Source: a virus. From it: a DNA stretch of 64,000 nt. Numbering within the stretch: the first letter of the stretch is position 1; the number at the start of each line of letters is the position of its first letter. This document shows positions 28,719-38,382 of the stretch, one piece after another. The position numbers and the translations under genes are program-made. Location of the stretch: positions 1 through 64,000 of IMG/VR virus record IMGVR_UViG_3300017917_003766, one strand, 5' to 3'. The notes beneath the pieces are model-generated. The model did not search any database, had not been told where the DNA came from, and saw only the letters and a program-made list of their open reading frames with translations.

Positions 28719-30815
28719 TTATTTTGTATTATCCTTTATGAACTTTATCTCGCATGAATCAGTTGTGCAATATCGCTCTCCTATTGCATCCGCCGCCATT
28801 CCAGCATAAACTCCAGTGAGATCTATTGGAAACAGTTTTTTTGTTTGCTCAACGTATTCCTCTTCTGTTATCTGGGTATATGGCATTTGTGGATACGTGT
28901 CATTCCCACTTGGTAGGAAGGACACAGTTTTCAACTGGCCATCATGCATATGCAGTACTGTTCCTATGTATTGCGCTTCTGTATCCTTGTTGAAGGATAC
29001 GGTAACTGAAACAGAGTTATCTGACCAATATCTTTGCGCAGTTGTGGCTAGAGCCATTTTTTCAAAAATAGTCACATCTTTTTCTGATCTAACAGCGTGT
29101 GATTTAATTGGAAAGTATACAACAGAAGTTGTATCTGGCGATTCTGCAGCTGGTTCAACTTTATAATTTGCCATTCTAAACAATGGAAGCATTGGATCTT
29201 CGTTTGAAAATCTTATTGTTCTATTGAAGAACTTACCACCTGGTGTCCAGTGAACTCCAGGTGACTCACCGGCGAGAATAGAAACAGTTCCAGATGGTTT
29301 TACCGTCGTCATCTTAATGGACTCACGAATACCAAGCCACTCAGAGTAAACATTATCATATCTTTGAACCGTCTTATAACCTTGATTCATCCATTCTTTT
29401 AAAACTGGCATACCGAGTCTGTCGGCAAAATCTGCCACACCAGACATCGATGTGCCAATTCTTCTGTTCCTTTGCATTATTGCGTTTGTTTCTTCCCAGT
29501 GAGTTGGAAGTAGGGTAACCGTTTTAGCATACAGGTAGGCAAACTTAAGCGTTCGCTTATAGTCTTCAAGGCTTTCATGTCTGCCCAGATATGTTTCCAC
29601 AAGCGTGCAACATTCGTAAGACTCAAGTGATTGTTCTGCGCATGGATTGTACCCTGCCACTCTATGGTCTTTGTTATTTGGTGGATCAATAAGTCTTCCG
29701 TACTTCCTTGAAACATCCATCCATATAACACCTGGTTCACCATTAAGCGAAATGCCTTCTATGATTGGAGTAAGATCTGCTCCAACTTCTGTTTCCACAG
29801 AATTATTAGACATCCACCCCCAACCTGGAGCATCTGGATCATAAGAGTTTCTTTCTGGAAACTTTTCTTTATTTTTAAGATTTAAGAAATCTTGATCATT
29901 TAATCTTCCTATTAGAAGTTCAGCTGATCTTCTAACGTTACCAGAAACAACACAAACTCCAATTAGATTACCTATGTCAGCTATGTCTATTCTTGTTAGC
30001 TTTGATCCTGCTCTTCCAGCAAACATTTTATTTATATGTTCATGCAGCTTTAGTAGCGGTTCATGCCCTGCGGCAATCCCTCCAAATGTTTTTATTGGTG
30101 TTCCGAGTGGCCTAATTTGAGAATAGTCAAAAGTATATTTTGGTTGATTTTCTTTTAGATACGAATTTAAAAGAAGAGTTAATGATTCGACCCAGCCCTC
30201 TCTTGTATCTGGTATTATGTAGTTTATCTGACCACCGTTTGGTTCGTAGATACTAAAGTCTTTATCTGCACCTTTGTCATCAAATCCAACGCCAACACCA
30301 AGCATTGATGCTTCCATCAAAAAGGCGAAGGGTCTTGCTGGATTAATCTTGGTCATCTCAGCTGTAGAAACAAAAGCACAGTTTTGAAGAGCCGCTGAGT
30401 TTTTTTGTACGTTAACGATGTTTGTCCCCATCGCCCAAAGCCCACGACCAGGAGGTGTCCACTTTAGATTAAACAATCTATCAAACGCTTCTTTTGCGCT
30501 GGCTTGCGCCTTAGCGTCATTCCATGGAAGCCTATTCTTTTTGCAGTGGTCTTTCTGTAGTGAATAGGTTCCATTAATAACTCTTTCGCATACGTCAACC
30601 CAGGTTTCTTTGGAACCATCTTCTTTTAGTCTACTGTAAGTTCTAAGAAAGGTAATTTCTCCAACACTATTACCGCCAGCATCCTTGTAACCAAATGGTG
30701 ATGGCTTAGATTTATAGCTGTCAATAAAATCTTCGCTTATCCTAAATGAAAACATAGTAGTCTTTGGAGCAATCGGTGCTAAATCGGGATTACCATTTTC
30801 AATTTCTTGTGTCAT
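28719..30815 (-). CDS. nrdJ: Class II (B12-dependent) ribonucleotide reductase
   Basis: PPGRGLW, LQNC, GNVRRSA, NPCAEQ, TVKPSGT, C-terminal CTTDSC. Confidence 0.92.
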   Translation of the reverse strand: MTQEIENGNPDLAPIAPKTTMFSFRISEDFIDSYKSKPSPFGYKDAGGNSVGEITFLRTYSRLKEDGSKETWVDVCERVINGTYSLQKDHCKKNRLPWNDAKAQASAKEAFDRLFNLKWTPPGRGLWAMGTNIVNVQKNSAALQNCAFVSTAEMTKINPARPFAFLMEASMLGVGVGFDDKGADKDFSIYEPNGGQINYIIPDTREGWVESLTLLLNSYLKENQPKYTFDYSQIRPLGTPIKTFGGIAAGHEPLLKLHEHINKMFAGRAGSKLTRIDIADIGNLIGVCVVSGNVRRSAELLIGRLNDQDFLNLKNKEKFPERNSYDPDAPGWGWMSNNSVETEVGADLTPIIEGISLNGEPGVIWMDVSRKYGRLIDPPNNKDHRVAGYNPCAEQSLESYECCTLVETYLGRHESLEDYKRTLKFAYLYAKTVTLLPTHWEETNAIMQRNRRIGTSMSGVADFADRLGMPVLKEWMNQGYKTVQRYDNVYSEWLGIRESIKMTTVKPSGTVSILAGESPGVHWTPGGKFFNRTIRFSNEDPMLPLFRMANYKVEPAAESPDTTSVVYFPIKSHAVRSEKDVTIFEKMALATTAQRYWSDNSVSVTVSFNKDTEAQYIGTVLHMHDGQLKTVSFLPSGNDTYPQMPYTQITEEEYVEQTKKLFPIDLTGVYAGMAADAIGERYCTTDSCEIKFIKDNTK

Positions 30816-30824
30816 ATTGTCTCC

Positions 30825-31524
30825 TTAGTTAACTGCTAATGTTTTAATGTATTTTGGATTTAGTTTTTCTATTTCTTTAGACTTTATTTTTTTTATCTGA
30901 TCAAAAGTATATACGTTATATATTTCTCTTTCAAAGAAGTATCCGCTTCTCCAGTTAAAAACTTTTTCTACAGCGTTTGTGTGATTTGTAAAAAGATTCG
31001 ATATTACGGCACCACCATAGAGCCTTATAAGATTCTGCATTTTTTTTGAAATAAGATCCTTTGTTTTTTCATTAACTACGTTTGACGCTTCTGCGTGAGA
31101 AAAAAGCCAATTATATGCTTGTCTTGTTATTGGCGAATAGTCAATGGGGTCAATAATGCCAAGACCCAAAAGTTGTTTATGATTGTTTTGTATTTCTATA
31201 TCTTTTTTTACAACATCCCTTAAAAGAGAAAACCAATCTTTTTCTTTATATTGATTCCACGTTGGGCACCAAAATAAAATAAGATGAACGGGATCTGGTA
31301 TATTTGTTTTCTCCATTGTAGGCAAAAGTACTGTGCAAGCTATTGCTTTTTTAATTTCGCTTCTACTAAGTTCAGCATTTTTATTCTTGTTTTCAAAATT
31401 CGTCCACAACTTTGATATATGATTTTTCCAATCAGATTCTCCGAATATATATATTCAGATATTTTTCTGCTAAGTCAAGAGGCATCGTGCCATTGTTCAC
31501 TACTGATATCATTTGTTCCAACAT
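30825..31524 (-). CDS. Hypothetical protein, about 232 aa, +1 shift at CGG 31443
   Basis: MLEQMIS...YLNIYI-GESDWKNHISKLWTNFE. Confidence 0.7.
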
Positions 31525-31592
31525 TATATAGATAATCCTTGTTAAATCTACTGAAAACTAACTAAACCTGTATACTGATCCTTAAACTAACA

Positions 31593-31617
31593 ATCCCGCC
31601 CCTTTTGAGGGCGGGAT
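31593..31617 (-). terminator. Terminator hairpin
   Basis: ATCCCGCCC / GGGCGGGAT inverted repeat. Confidence 0.65.
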
Positions 31618-31691
31618 AAACACTATTCATGTTTAGATCCGCTGCATAAGTATAGCAGCAGGATGTGTTGTTAGATTGTTTTTGGTGAGAA

Positions 31692-32273
31692 TTAAAGAGC
31701 GCTCTTGAGACCCTTGAATTCTAGCACTTTGTTTCTTCCATATTCAGAAGACGCATTTGCTTGACCGTAGCCGCTTGGGAAAACCTTTGCACTGTCTACG
31801 CCATCAAATGTATAGTTGTCATAAAGGCTGTAATCAGTTGTCCTCTGCGCATGGCCATACCCCGAAGCAAATGCTTCTGCTGAGGTGACACCATCAAAAA
31901 CATAATTTGTGTAAAGAGCATATGATCTTGTTTTATCCGAAGCATGCCCGTATCCAGATGTGAATGCTCCAGAAACACCCTTGTAGGTGTGGGGAGCAAA
32001 TCTAGCGCCATCGTAGCCAACGCCATTGGCCATTGTGCCAGAAAGTGGGTGTACGTACAGCGTAGTGCCATTAAACACCTGTGACAATAGGACATTGCCT
32101 GGGTGACGACCTTCGCCTGGAACGTGGTGATTGTCTGGACCACCATCTAAAACACCCTTAGCGAATAGTGGGTAAAAGGAATAGGTGCCAGCAGTACCCT
32201 TCCATGGGTTGACCATGTCAGCGCTATTGCGACCCTTAAGGACTGGTCTTGGACCAACATAGAATGTAGCCAT
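31692..32273 (-). CDS. Gly/Tyr-rich protein with about 30-aa tandem repeats
   Basis: GGAG SD; three F-x-SGYG(H/Q)A copies with Y-x-LY-x-NY-x-FDGV-x-SA between them. Confidence 0.75.
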   Translation of the reverse strand: MATFYVGPRPVLKGRNSADMVNPWKGTAGTYSFYPLFAKGVLDGGPDNHHVPGEGRHPGNVLLSQVFNGTTLYVHPLSGTMANGVGYDGARFAPHTYKGVSGAFTSGYGHASDKTRSYALYTNYVFDGVTSAEAFASGYGHAQRTTDYSLYDNYTFDGVDSAKVFPSGYGQANASSEYGRNKVLEFKGLKSAL

Positions 32274-32340
32274 ATTACTTATCTCCTTAGATTGGTTTTT
32301 CTATATAGTAAAAAGAAATAGGCTTTTTACACTTTTAAAA

Positions 32341-33609
32341 TTATGTATAATTTACAATTAAATCAGATAGGACTGGAGCTGTTCCATCTCCAAGTTTATT
32401 GAGCGTTACCTCAATCCATACCGAAGTAGATCCAGGAACTGGATCAAGAGTATAGGAGGAGCCCTGCTTATATATTATTCTATAGCTAAAGGCTGTTGAA
32501 ATTAACTCATCTGGGACATTGTACAGTTTTGGAATCACTTCTTCAATACTTTGTATTGTTGTTTCATCTGGTGCTGTAAATTTGATTATAGTCTTACCAG
32601 TATCCAAAAACTTTTGAGATCTGACATCGATATCTGATAGACCATATGTGTAAACATACTTTCCATTTTCAGATATATAGTTTCTTTGTCTAAAAGAAAT
32701 TCTTACTGCGTTTATTTGCACTGGTGGGAAATAGAATCCAACTGGTCCTGCGTTAAGGATCACGTCGTTCCCAACAGTTGACCAACCACCTGGCGGTACC
32801 TTACCAACAGCTTCAGTTTGGTTGTTATAGAGTCGATTAAAGTTTAATGGTATCCATTTATCGTTTGATGTTAATGTTGGATTAACATCAGTTGTATATT
32901 CTATAGAAATAATATCTACTCCAAAAATTGGATATGGAATCATCGACAGGAAGTTACTAGCTGCAGAACCAGAAAATGATGACGGTATTTTTGCATACAG
33001 ATACATTTGAGCTCCGGCAGCAGATGGTAAATCTGATACTATATTTCTCTTCCAAAACTTATCTGAAGACTCTAAAAGAGAATAATAAATTGGAGTTGTG
33101 TCAATTAATGCGTTTGCTGTATCAACTCCAATGAAACTATTATCGACTTTCATTTCCAAAAAGTCTGGGATAACTTGTGTTCCAGCTGAATCAAAAAACT
33201 TTATCTTTGAATGAGAAGAACCCTGTACTTTTGGAAGAGTTATTATATTATATATATAATCAAAGCTAAGCGCATCAGTACTGCTAATCGCAAATGTTGG
33301 ATCTGATATAAAAGATCCTACGTCTATTTGTGAATAGTTATAGATTGAAAGTTTCTTATAACCAGATTCTGATTCATATTCAAGAGCCTTTACTCTATCT
33401 TCTAAATCCAAAACGGCCATTGAAAGGAAGTGGTGATCCTTAAGAACACGCTCAAATGCCTCAGCTAATTTCTGATCTAAAATCCCAGACCTGTTATAAA
33501 GGTGAACCAAATCCCTATAGTTCTGTTCTGCCCTCAAATTAAAGTCTGCGCTGTTTACTGGACCATTGTATTGAATCGTAGTGTTTTCTGAATTTAAAAA
33601 GTCTGACAT
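32341..33609 (-). CDS. Putative virion structural protein
   Basis: N-terminal coiled coil, beta-rich body; structural block. Confidence 0.6.
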   Translation of the reverse strand: MSDFLNSENTTIQYNGPVNSADFNLRAEQNYRDLVHLYNRSGILDQKLAEAFERVLKDHHFLSMAVLDLEDRVKALEYESESGYKKLSIYNYSQIDVGSFISDPTFAISSTDALSFDYIYNIITLPKVQGSSHSKIKFFDSAGTQVIPDFLEMKVDNSFIGVDTANALIDTTPIYYSLLESSDKFWKRNIVSDLPSAAGAQMYLYAKIPSSFSGSAASNFLSMIPYPIFGVDIISIEYTTDVNPTLTSNDKWIPLNFNRLYNNQTEAVGKVPPGGWSTVGNDVILNAGPVGFYFPPVQINAVRISFRQRNYISENGKYVYTYGLSDIDVRSQKFLDTGKTIIKFTAPDETTIQSIEEVIPKLYNVPDELISTAFSYRIIYKQGSSYTLDPVPGSTSVWIEVTLNKLGDGTAPVLSDLIVNYT

Positions 33610-33610
33610 A

Positions 33611-34045
33611 TTACTTAACTCGTCTTTCTAGTTGATTAATTTTAAAATTTAATTTAGCGAGCTTTGCTGCTATTGAATTTGTTGTATACAAATTGCTAGA
33701 TTCATCTGAAATTGATGGTGTTGCGTGCGCTTTGGCGTTAAAGAAAGATACCGAGTCATCAGTTAAATCATAGTACTTTGCGCCAAAATAACTAGATCCT
33801 TCCTCTACATCAGTCTTGTGAGTATCTGAAGTCTCTGCCCCAATAATGTATTTAACTTTATTAAATATTTTTGTATTTATTAATTCTAACTCAATGTATA
33901 TTCTTTGTATATCCATATACATTTTTTGATAGAAAAGGTTTTCTATTGCACTTTTTCTTACACCCCTATAGTACAAACGAATTCTCCTAGAAAGTGGTTG
34001 TCTTACAATTTTCTTCTGTTTAGGATCTTGATATGCAATCGGCAT
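33611..34045 (-). CDS. Hypothetical virion-block protein
   Basis: ORF tiling. Confidence 0.6.
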   Translation of the reverse strand: MPIAYQDPKQKKIVRQPLSRRIRLYYRGVRKSAIENLFYQKMYMDIQRIYIELELINTKIFNKVKYIIGAETSDTHKTDVEEGSSYFGAKYYDLTDDSVSFFNAKAHATPSISDESSNLYTTNSIAAKLAKLNFKINQLERRVK

Positions 34046-34048
34046 ACT

Positions 34049-36241
34049 TTATGCTACCTGTTCATCTTCTAATTGTTGATTATTTTTAAATTTTACAGTA
34101 AACGAGTCTATTGCTGGAGATCCTATTGGGTTTTGAGACCTAGATATGTCAGCTCTTACCCTAATCGCTTCAACTTTGTTTGGATTATTAGTAAGGTAAA
34201 AAATCCTAGAGTTTGATCTAATGTCAGATCTACTGAAGATTTCTTTATTGCCAAAGAAGTTTTCTATTGTAAACACGTAATCGTATACAGACCTGTTCTT
34301 TTTAAATTCTAGTGGATCTACATAACTATAGTAATCTAAATAAACAAGGCCATAATCTGATAGGTTTTTATCGTCCATCAATGTTATACTTCCATTTGCA
34401 CTTTCTTCGGCGTCTATGGCAACCCTTACTATATTTAAACCTTCTTTGAAATTCCACTCTATAGTCTCTGATAGTTGACCAGATGGAATAAAAGTAGGCT
34501 TTCCATTTATATAAACAGCCACGTTCCAATCTTTAGATATGCCATCATTTTTGATAAATAGATGTCTCACTGTTTTTTCTGAAGAGCAAAGTATTTTAGT
34601 TTCCAAAAGAATACTTATTCCAGAAACATTAGGTCCAACAAAAAAGGTTGACCCAGAAGAAACGTCGTATGATGGTATTTTATATAACTGTTTAATACTA
34701 GATCTTCCAGAAATAATTGAATCCCAAGTAGAAAGTCCATCAAGTTCATTATAAATCTTATTGGTATAATTTATATAGTATCCATTAACTAAACCAGTAC
34801 CAGATAATATATATGAGTTATACGGATCATCTAAGGAGTCAATTTTTGCTATTCTGTAGATAGTTTGATCTTGATATAGATCAATTGTTGGATTTTGTTG
34901 ATTGACATTAGAGGTATCTGTTTTTGCAGCAAGGGGTATCTTTTGTAGCTCAGTTTGTGGATTTGTAACTTGATCCACTATCTTTTTTGATTTTAGATAG
35001 GTTCCCTCAAATGATACAGTGTTTGGGTAAGGGGATATAGAATCGGCCTTTGCCGAAATAGGCTGCCAACTAAAATCAGACAAGATTTGGGCTGATGGAT
35101 TGTCTTCTGCAATAAAATAGGAGATATTTCCATTTTCAAAACCAGATTCATTTACCGAGAGCATTACTGAGTCAATGGCTAAATTTTTGTTATCCTTTGT
35201 CTTAAGACTTATCGGTTTGCTGACATAAGTTGCAGATCTATCATGATACTTGCCAGATATTGAAATATCTCTAATTCCATATCGATAGGCATACTTGTCT
35301 TTTTTGTTTTCTTCTATATAATCTGGTTCAGATTTAAGAAGAAATATATCTATAGATCCTATATCTCCAGCTTCAAAATTAAAAGAAAATCTATCATAAT
35401 CTTTTGAAGATTTTTTGTTAAAAACTGTACTTGTCTTTTGCGGATCAGCATAATTAATTCTGCAGTAGATGTCAACTGGAGAAATTGTGTTAAGCTTTCC
35501 AGATATATTAGATAAAACCACATTTTTATTTATCGGTAGATTCAAGGAGAATGTAACTAATCCAATAGAATCAAAATTAAATGTCTTTTGCCATTCTGTA
35601 TTTTCTAATCCATCAAAAACAGACGGAAAAAAAGAATCATCAGAAATGGATTGATTTGTGTATATTTGATTTTTGTTAAAAGACAAGGAGTATGTTGCCC
35701 CGTTTGCTACAACGCTTTTAGCAGATATCAAATCAAAAACAGCTGAGCTGAGTGTTGGTAGTCCAACTTTTCCATTTTGTATATCAACAAAAGCCGTTGT
35801 AAACTTAAGATCTGTACCGTCCGCTGTTGCAAAACTATCTGTATATGAAGCGTATATGCTGTCTGAATTTTGATTAACAAATAGTAAATCATCAATTTTA
35901 TTTTCAAGCTCTATTCTTCTTGCCTTTAGATTCTGCAGCCTCTTATTAAGAGCAGTGGTTATCCTCATCATTTCTTCGGCGTTTTCTGCGATGGCGTCGT
36001 ACAGAACCTCTATATTAAACAGTGTAAATAACATTCTTTGATTAAAAATATCGACATCACTAGCGTACAACTGCCTAAAAATTTCTGCGTCAAGCGGTAT
36101 AGGCTGACCAAGTTGATATATGGAAAAATATCTAGAAAAGAAATCTAAAATTTCTGATTCTTTTGGAATATATCCAGATGAATATAAATTTCTATAAACA
36201 ACATCTAAAAATTTTTCTTTTTGTATATTTGTTATACTCAT
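34049..36241 (-). CDS. Putative virion structural protein
   Basis: 730 aa; architecture shared with neighbours. Confidence 0.6.
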   Translation of the reverse strand: MSITNIQKEKFLDVVYRNLYSSGYIPKESEILDFFSRYFSIYQLGQPIPLDAEIFRQLYASDVDIFNQRMLFTLFNIEVLYDAIAENAEEMMRITTALNKRLQNLKARRIELENKIDDLLFVNQNSDSIYASYTDSFATADGTDLKFTTAFVDIQNGKVGLPTLSSAVFDLISAKSVVANGATYSLSFNKNQIYTNQSISDDSFFPSVFDGLENTEWQKTFNFDSIGLVTFSLNLPINKNVVLSNISGKLNTISPVDIYCRINYADPQKTSTVFNKKSSKDYDRFSFNFEAGDIGSIDIFLLKSEPDYIEENKKDKYAYRYGIRDISISGKYHDRSATYVSKPISLKTKDNKNLAIDSVMLSVNESGFENGNISYFIAEDNPSAQILSDFSWQPISAKADSISPYPNTVSFEGTYLKSKKIVDQVTNPQTELQKIPLAAKTDTSNVNQQNPTIDLYQDQTIYRIAKIDSLDDPYNSYILSGTGLVNGYYINYTNKIYNELDGLSTWDSIISGRSSIKQLYKIPSYDVSSGSTFFVGPNVSGISILLETKILCSSEKTVRHLFIKNDGISKDWNVAVYINGKPTFIPSGQLSETIEWNFKEGLNIVRVAIDAEESANGSITLMDDKNLSDYGLVYLDYYSYVDPLEFKKNRSVYDYVFTIENFFGNKEIFSRSDIRSNSRIFYLTNNPNKVEAIRVRADISRSQNPIGSPAIDSFTVKFKNNQQLEDEQVA

Positions 36242-38377
36242 GTTTGTTCTACTCTTCCCATGATCTTATACGAATATAATATCGGACTCGTATTGGAATA
36301 CTTTGGTTTAAATATTTCTATTTTTACTTTTACACGTTTCGTTTGTGCTGGAATTGTAGGATAATTATAATATCCAATTCCTTTTATTTTTTCTCCAGCT
36401 TGAGGGAATTCGTTTAATGAAAGTATTTCTGGTATACCTATATATGGATTTTCTATTGGAGAAATTCTTATCCAATTTTTTGCTTCGTCTAGAGAAACAT
36501 AAACCTTTATTAAAGACTCATTTTGATTTATTGATGAATAGTCAATTTTTGAATCTAGTGAAATCGTCAAATTCTTTACATTGTATGGGAATTCAAAGGT
36601 GTTAGATACAAATGACGCAGATGATGAATAAATCTGATAGCCAATATCAATTGATCTTAGGCCAATGGCAAATCTTTTTGCAGAATAAATTTCGTAGTCT
36701 TTTTTCAAATTTATTGTTGCTGTATAAGTCTTTGGGTTAAAAGCCATTTTTATGGCTTCAACAGAAATATTTTGAAAATTAGAACTTGACCATTCTCCAG
36801 AAGAAATCTTTGACTGTATGTAGTCTTTTATTCTTTCTGCAGCGTCTTTTGACTCTGCTTTCCATGCGGAATTTACATCAGTAGAGGCTGCTTTTTCTTG
36901 TTGTTTTTCTAAAGATTCAAAACCAGTAAAAGAGTTTGTATAGTAATTCTTAACCAACGAAGAACCAGACTGCCTTTGAAATATTACTGTATATGTATCA
37001 GTTTTTTCCTGATCTTTGTAAGTAACATTAATTTGCTTTACGGATAAATCTGATTCATCTTTATACATATTTGGTCTAGTTATCTTGGGGACTAGATCAT
37101 ACTGATTATATTGGACTTCATTAAACCCAATAGAACTGAGAGCGCTTGGATCAAATCTACTTTGCGTGTTTAAAGCGGAGAGTCTTCCGGAAGAAGGAAG
37201 CGGTTTCCAGTACATGTGTTTAATCTTAATGTTATTTGAATCATACTGTTCAAAATAAACCTGTATCTCCGATGTTGTTACTTCTGGAAAAACAATTTTA
37301 ATTTTATCATAAAAATAATTTTTTGAAGATTCTAAAGTCATTGGTATAGCGGCAGTACCGACATATATCGGTTCACTAATTAAATCAATTTCTTGCGATT
37401 CTTGATCAATCGCTACAATCCTGGATACTTTTATCTCTGCAGCTGCAGCTTGATCTGTTCCCCAAAACGGAATTATATCTAAAGTATTTGCTTTTTGTGG
37501 TTTATCCGACTTTATGCTTAAAACTAATTTTAACGGCTCTGTTTCTTTGTGATCAGCCCAAGATTTATATTTTACAGATTTGGAACTTTCAGAAACTTCT
37601 TCATAAGAATATAAAAATTCATAGTCTTTTGCGCCGTTTGCAAGAATGTCAGACTTTTTAATGGATACTGCTTCGTATTCAAAGTATGTTAGTGGATTCG
37701 AATCAATAACATTTTGCAGCAATCCAATAGATGCGTTATCTTGATATGAATATTTGTAGCTTGAATTTACATCAGACTTAACATAAGCTGCGTGGTTATT
37801 ACCCAAAAATCCGTTTGACTTACTGTCAACAACTGATATAGATTTTGGTTGCCAAATAGAGCTTGATCTAAACTGGAGAGAAGCTAATCCGATTGGCTAT
37901 AAGTGGCAGATTTTCGCTGGCAGCTGTATCAATAAAATCTAAGTTATCAAATGAATCGGCAAAATAAAATAGATCTGTTCCTGGACTATTCGAATACGCA
38001 TTAAGTATATTTACTTTAGATTTTAGCCTATTGGTAAATCTTAATTCTTTTTCTATTTCTGAATTAAACATATTAAAAATAGAAACAATCATTCCCGTCT
38101 GATAATCTAATTGTTTTGCTATTATGTTTAAGTCATCTGAAACAGATTGAATAAACTTATTTATTTTTTCAGAAGACGGCGGTTCTCCTTTTATTATAGG
38201 ATTGTATCTAGAAATCTGCGTAAGGCTATATTTATTTATTTCACTGACCAATAAACTATATGCTTCAGCTATTTCTGAATAAGACGCAGTTTTGTTGTTC
38301 TTATATTTTGATATAAATTCTTGAATTTTCTTTATGATTTGATCATAAAAAACTGTATTTGTAGATAATTGAGCCAT
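36238..38377 (-). CDS. Putative virion protein, 712 aa, +1 shift at CGG 37891
   Basis: LPLIAN-GLASLQFRSS...SNGFLGNNH joins the 169-aa and 522-aa ORFs. Confidence 0.75.
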
Positions 38378-38382
38378 CTTAT

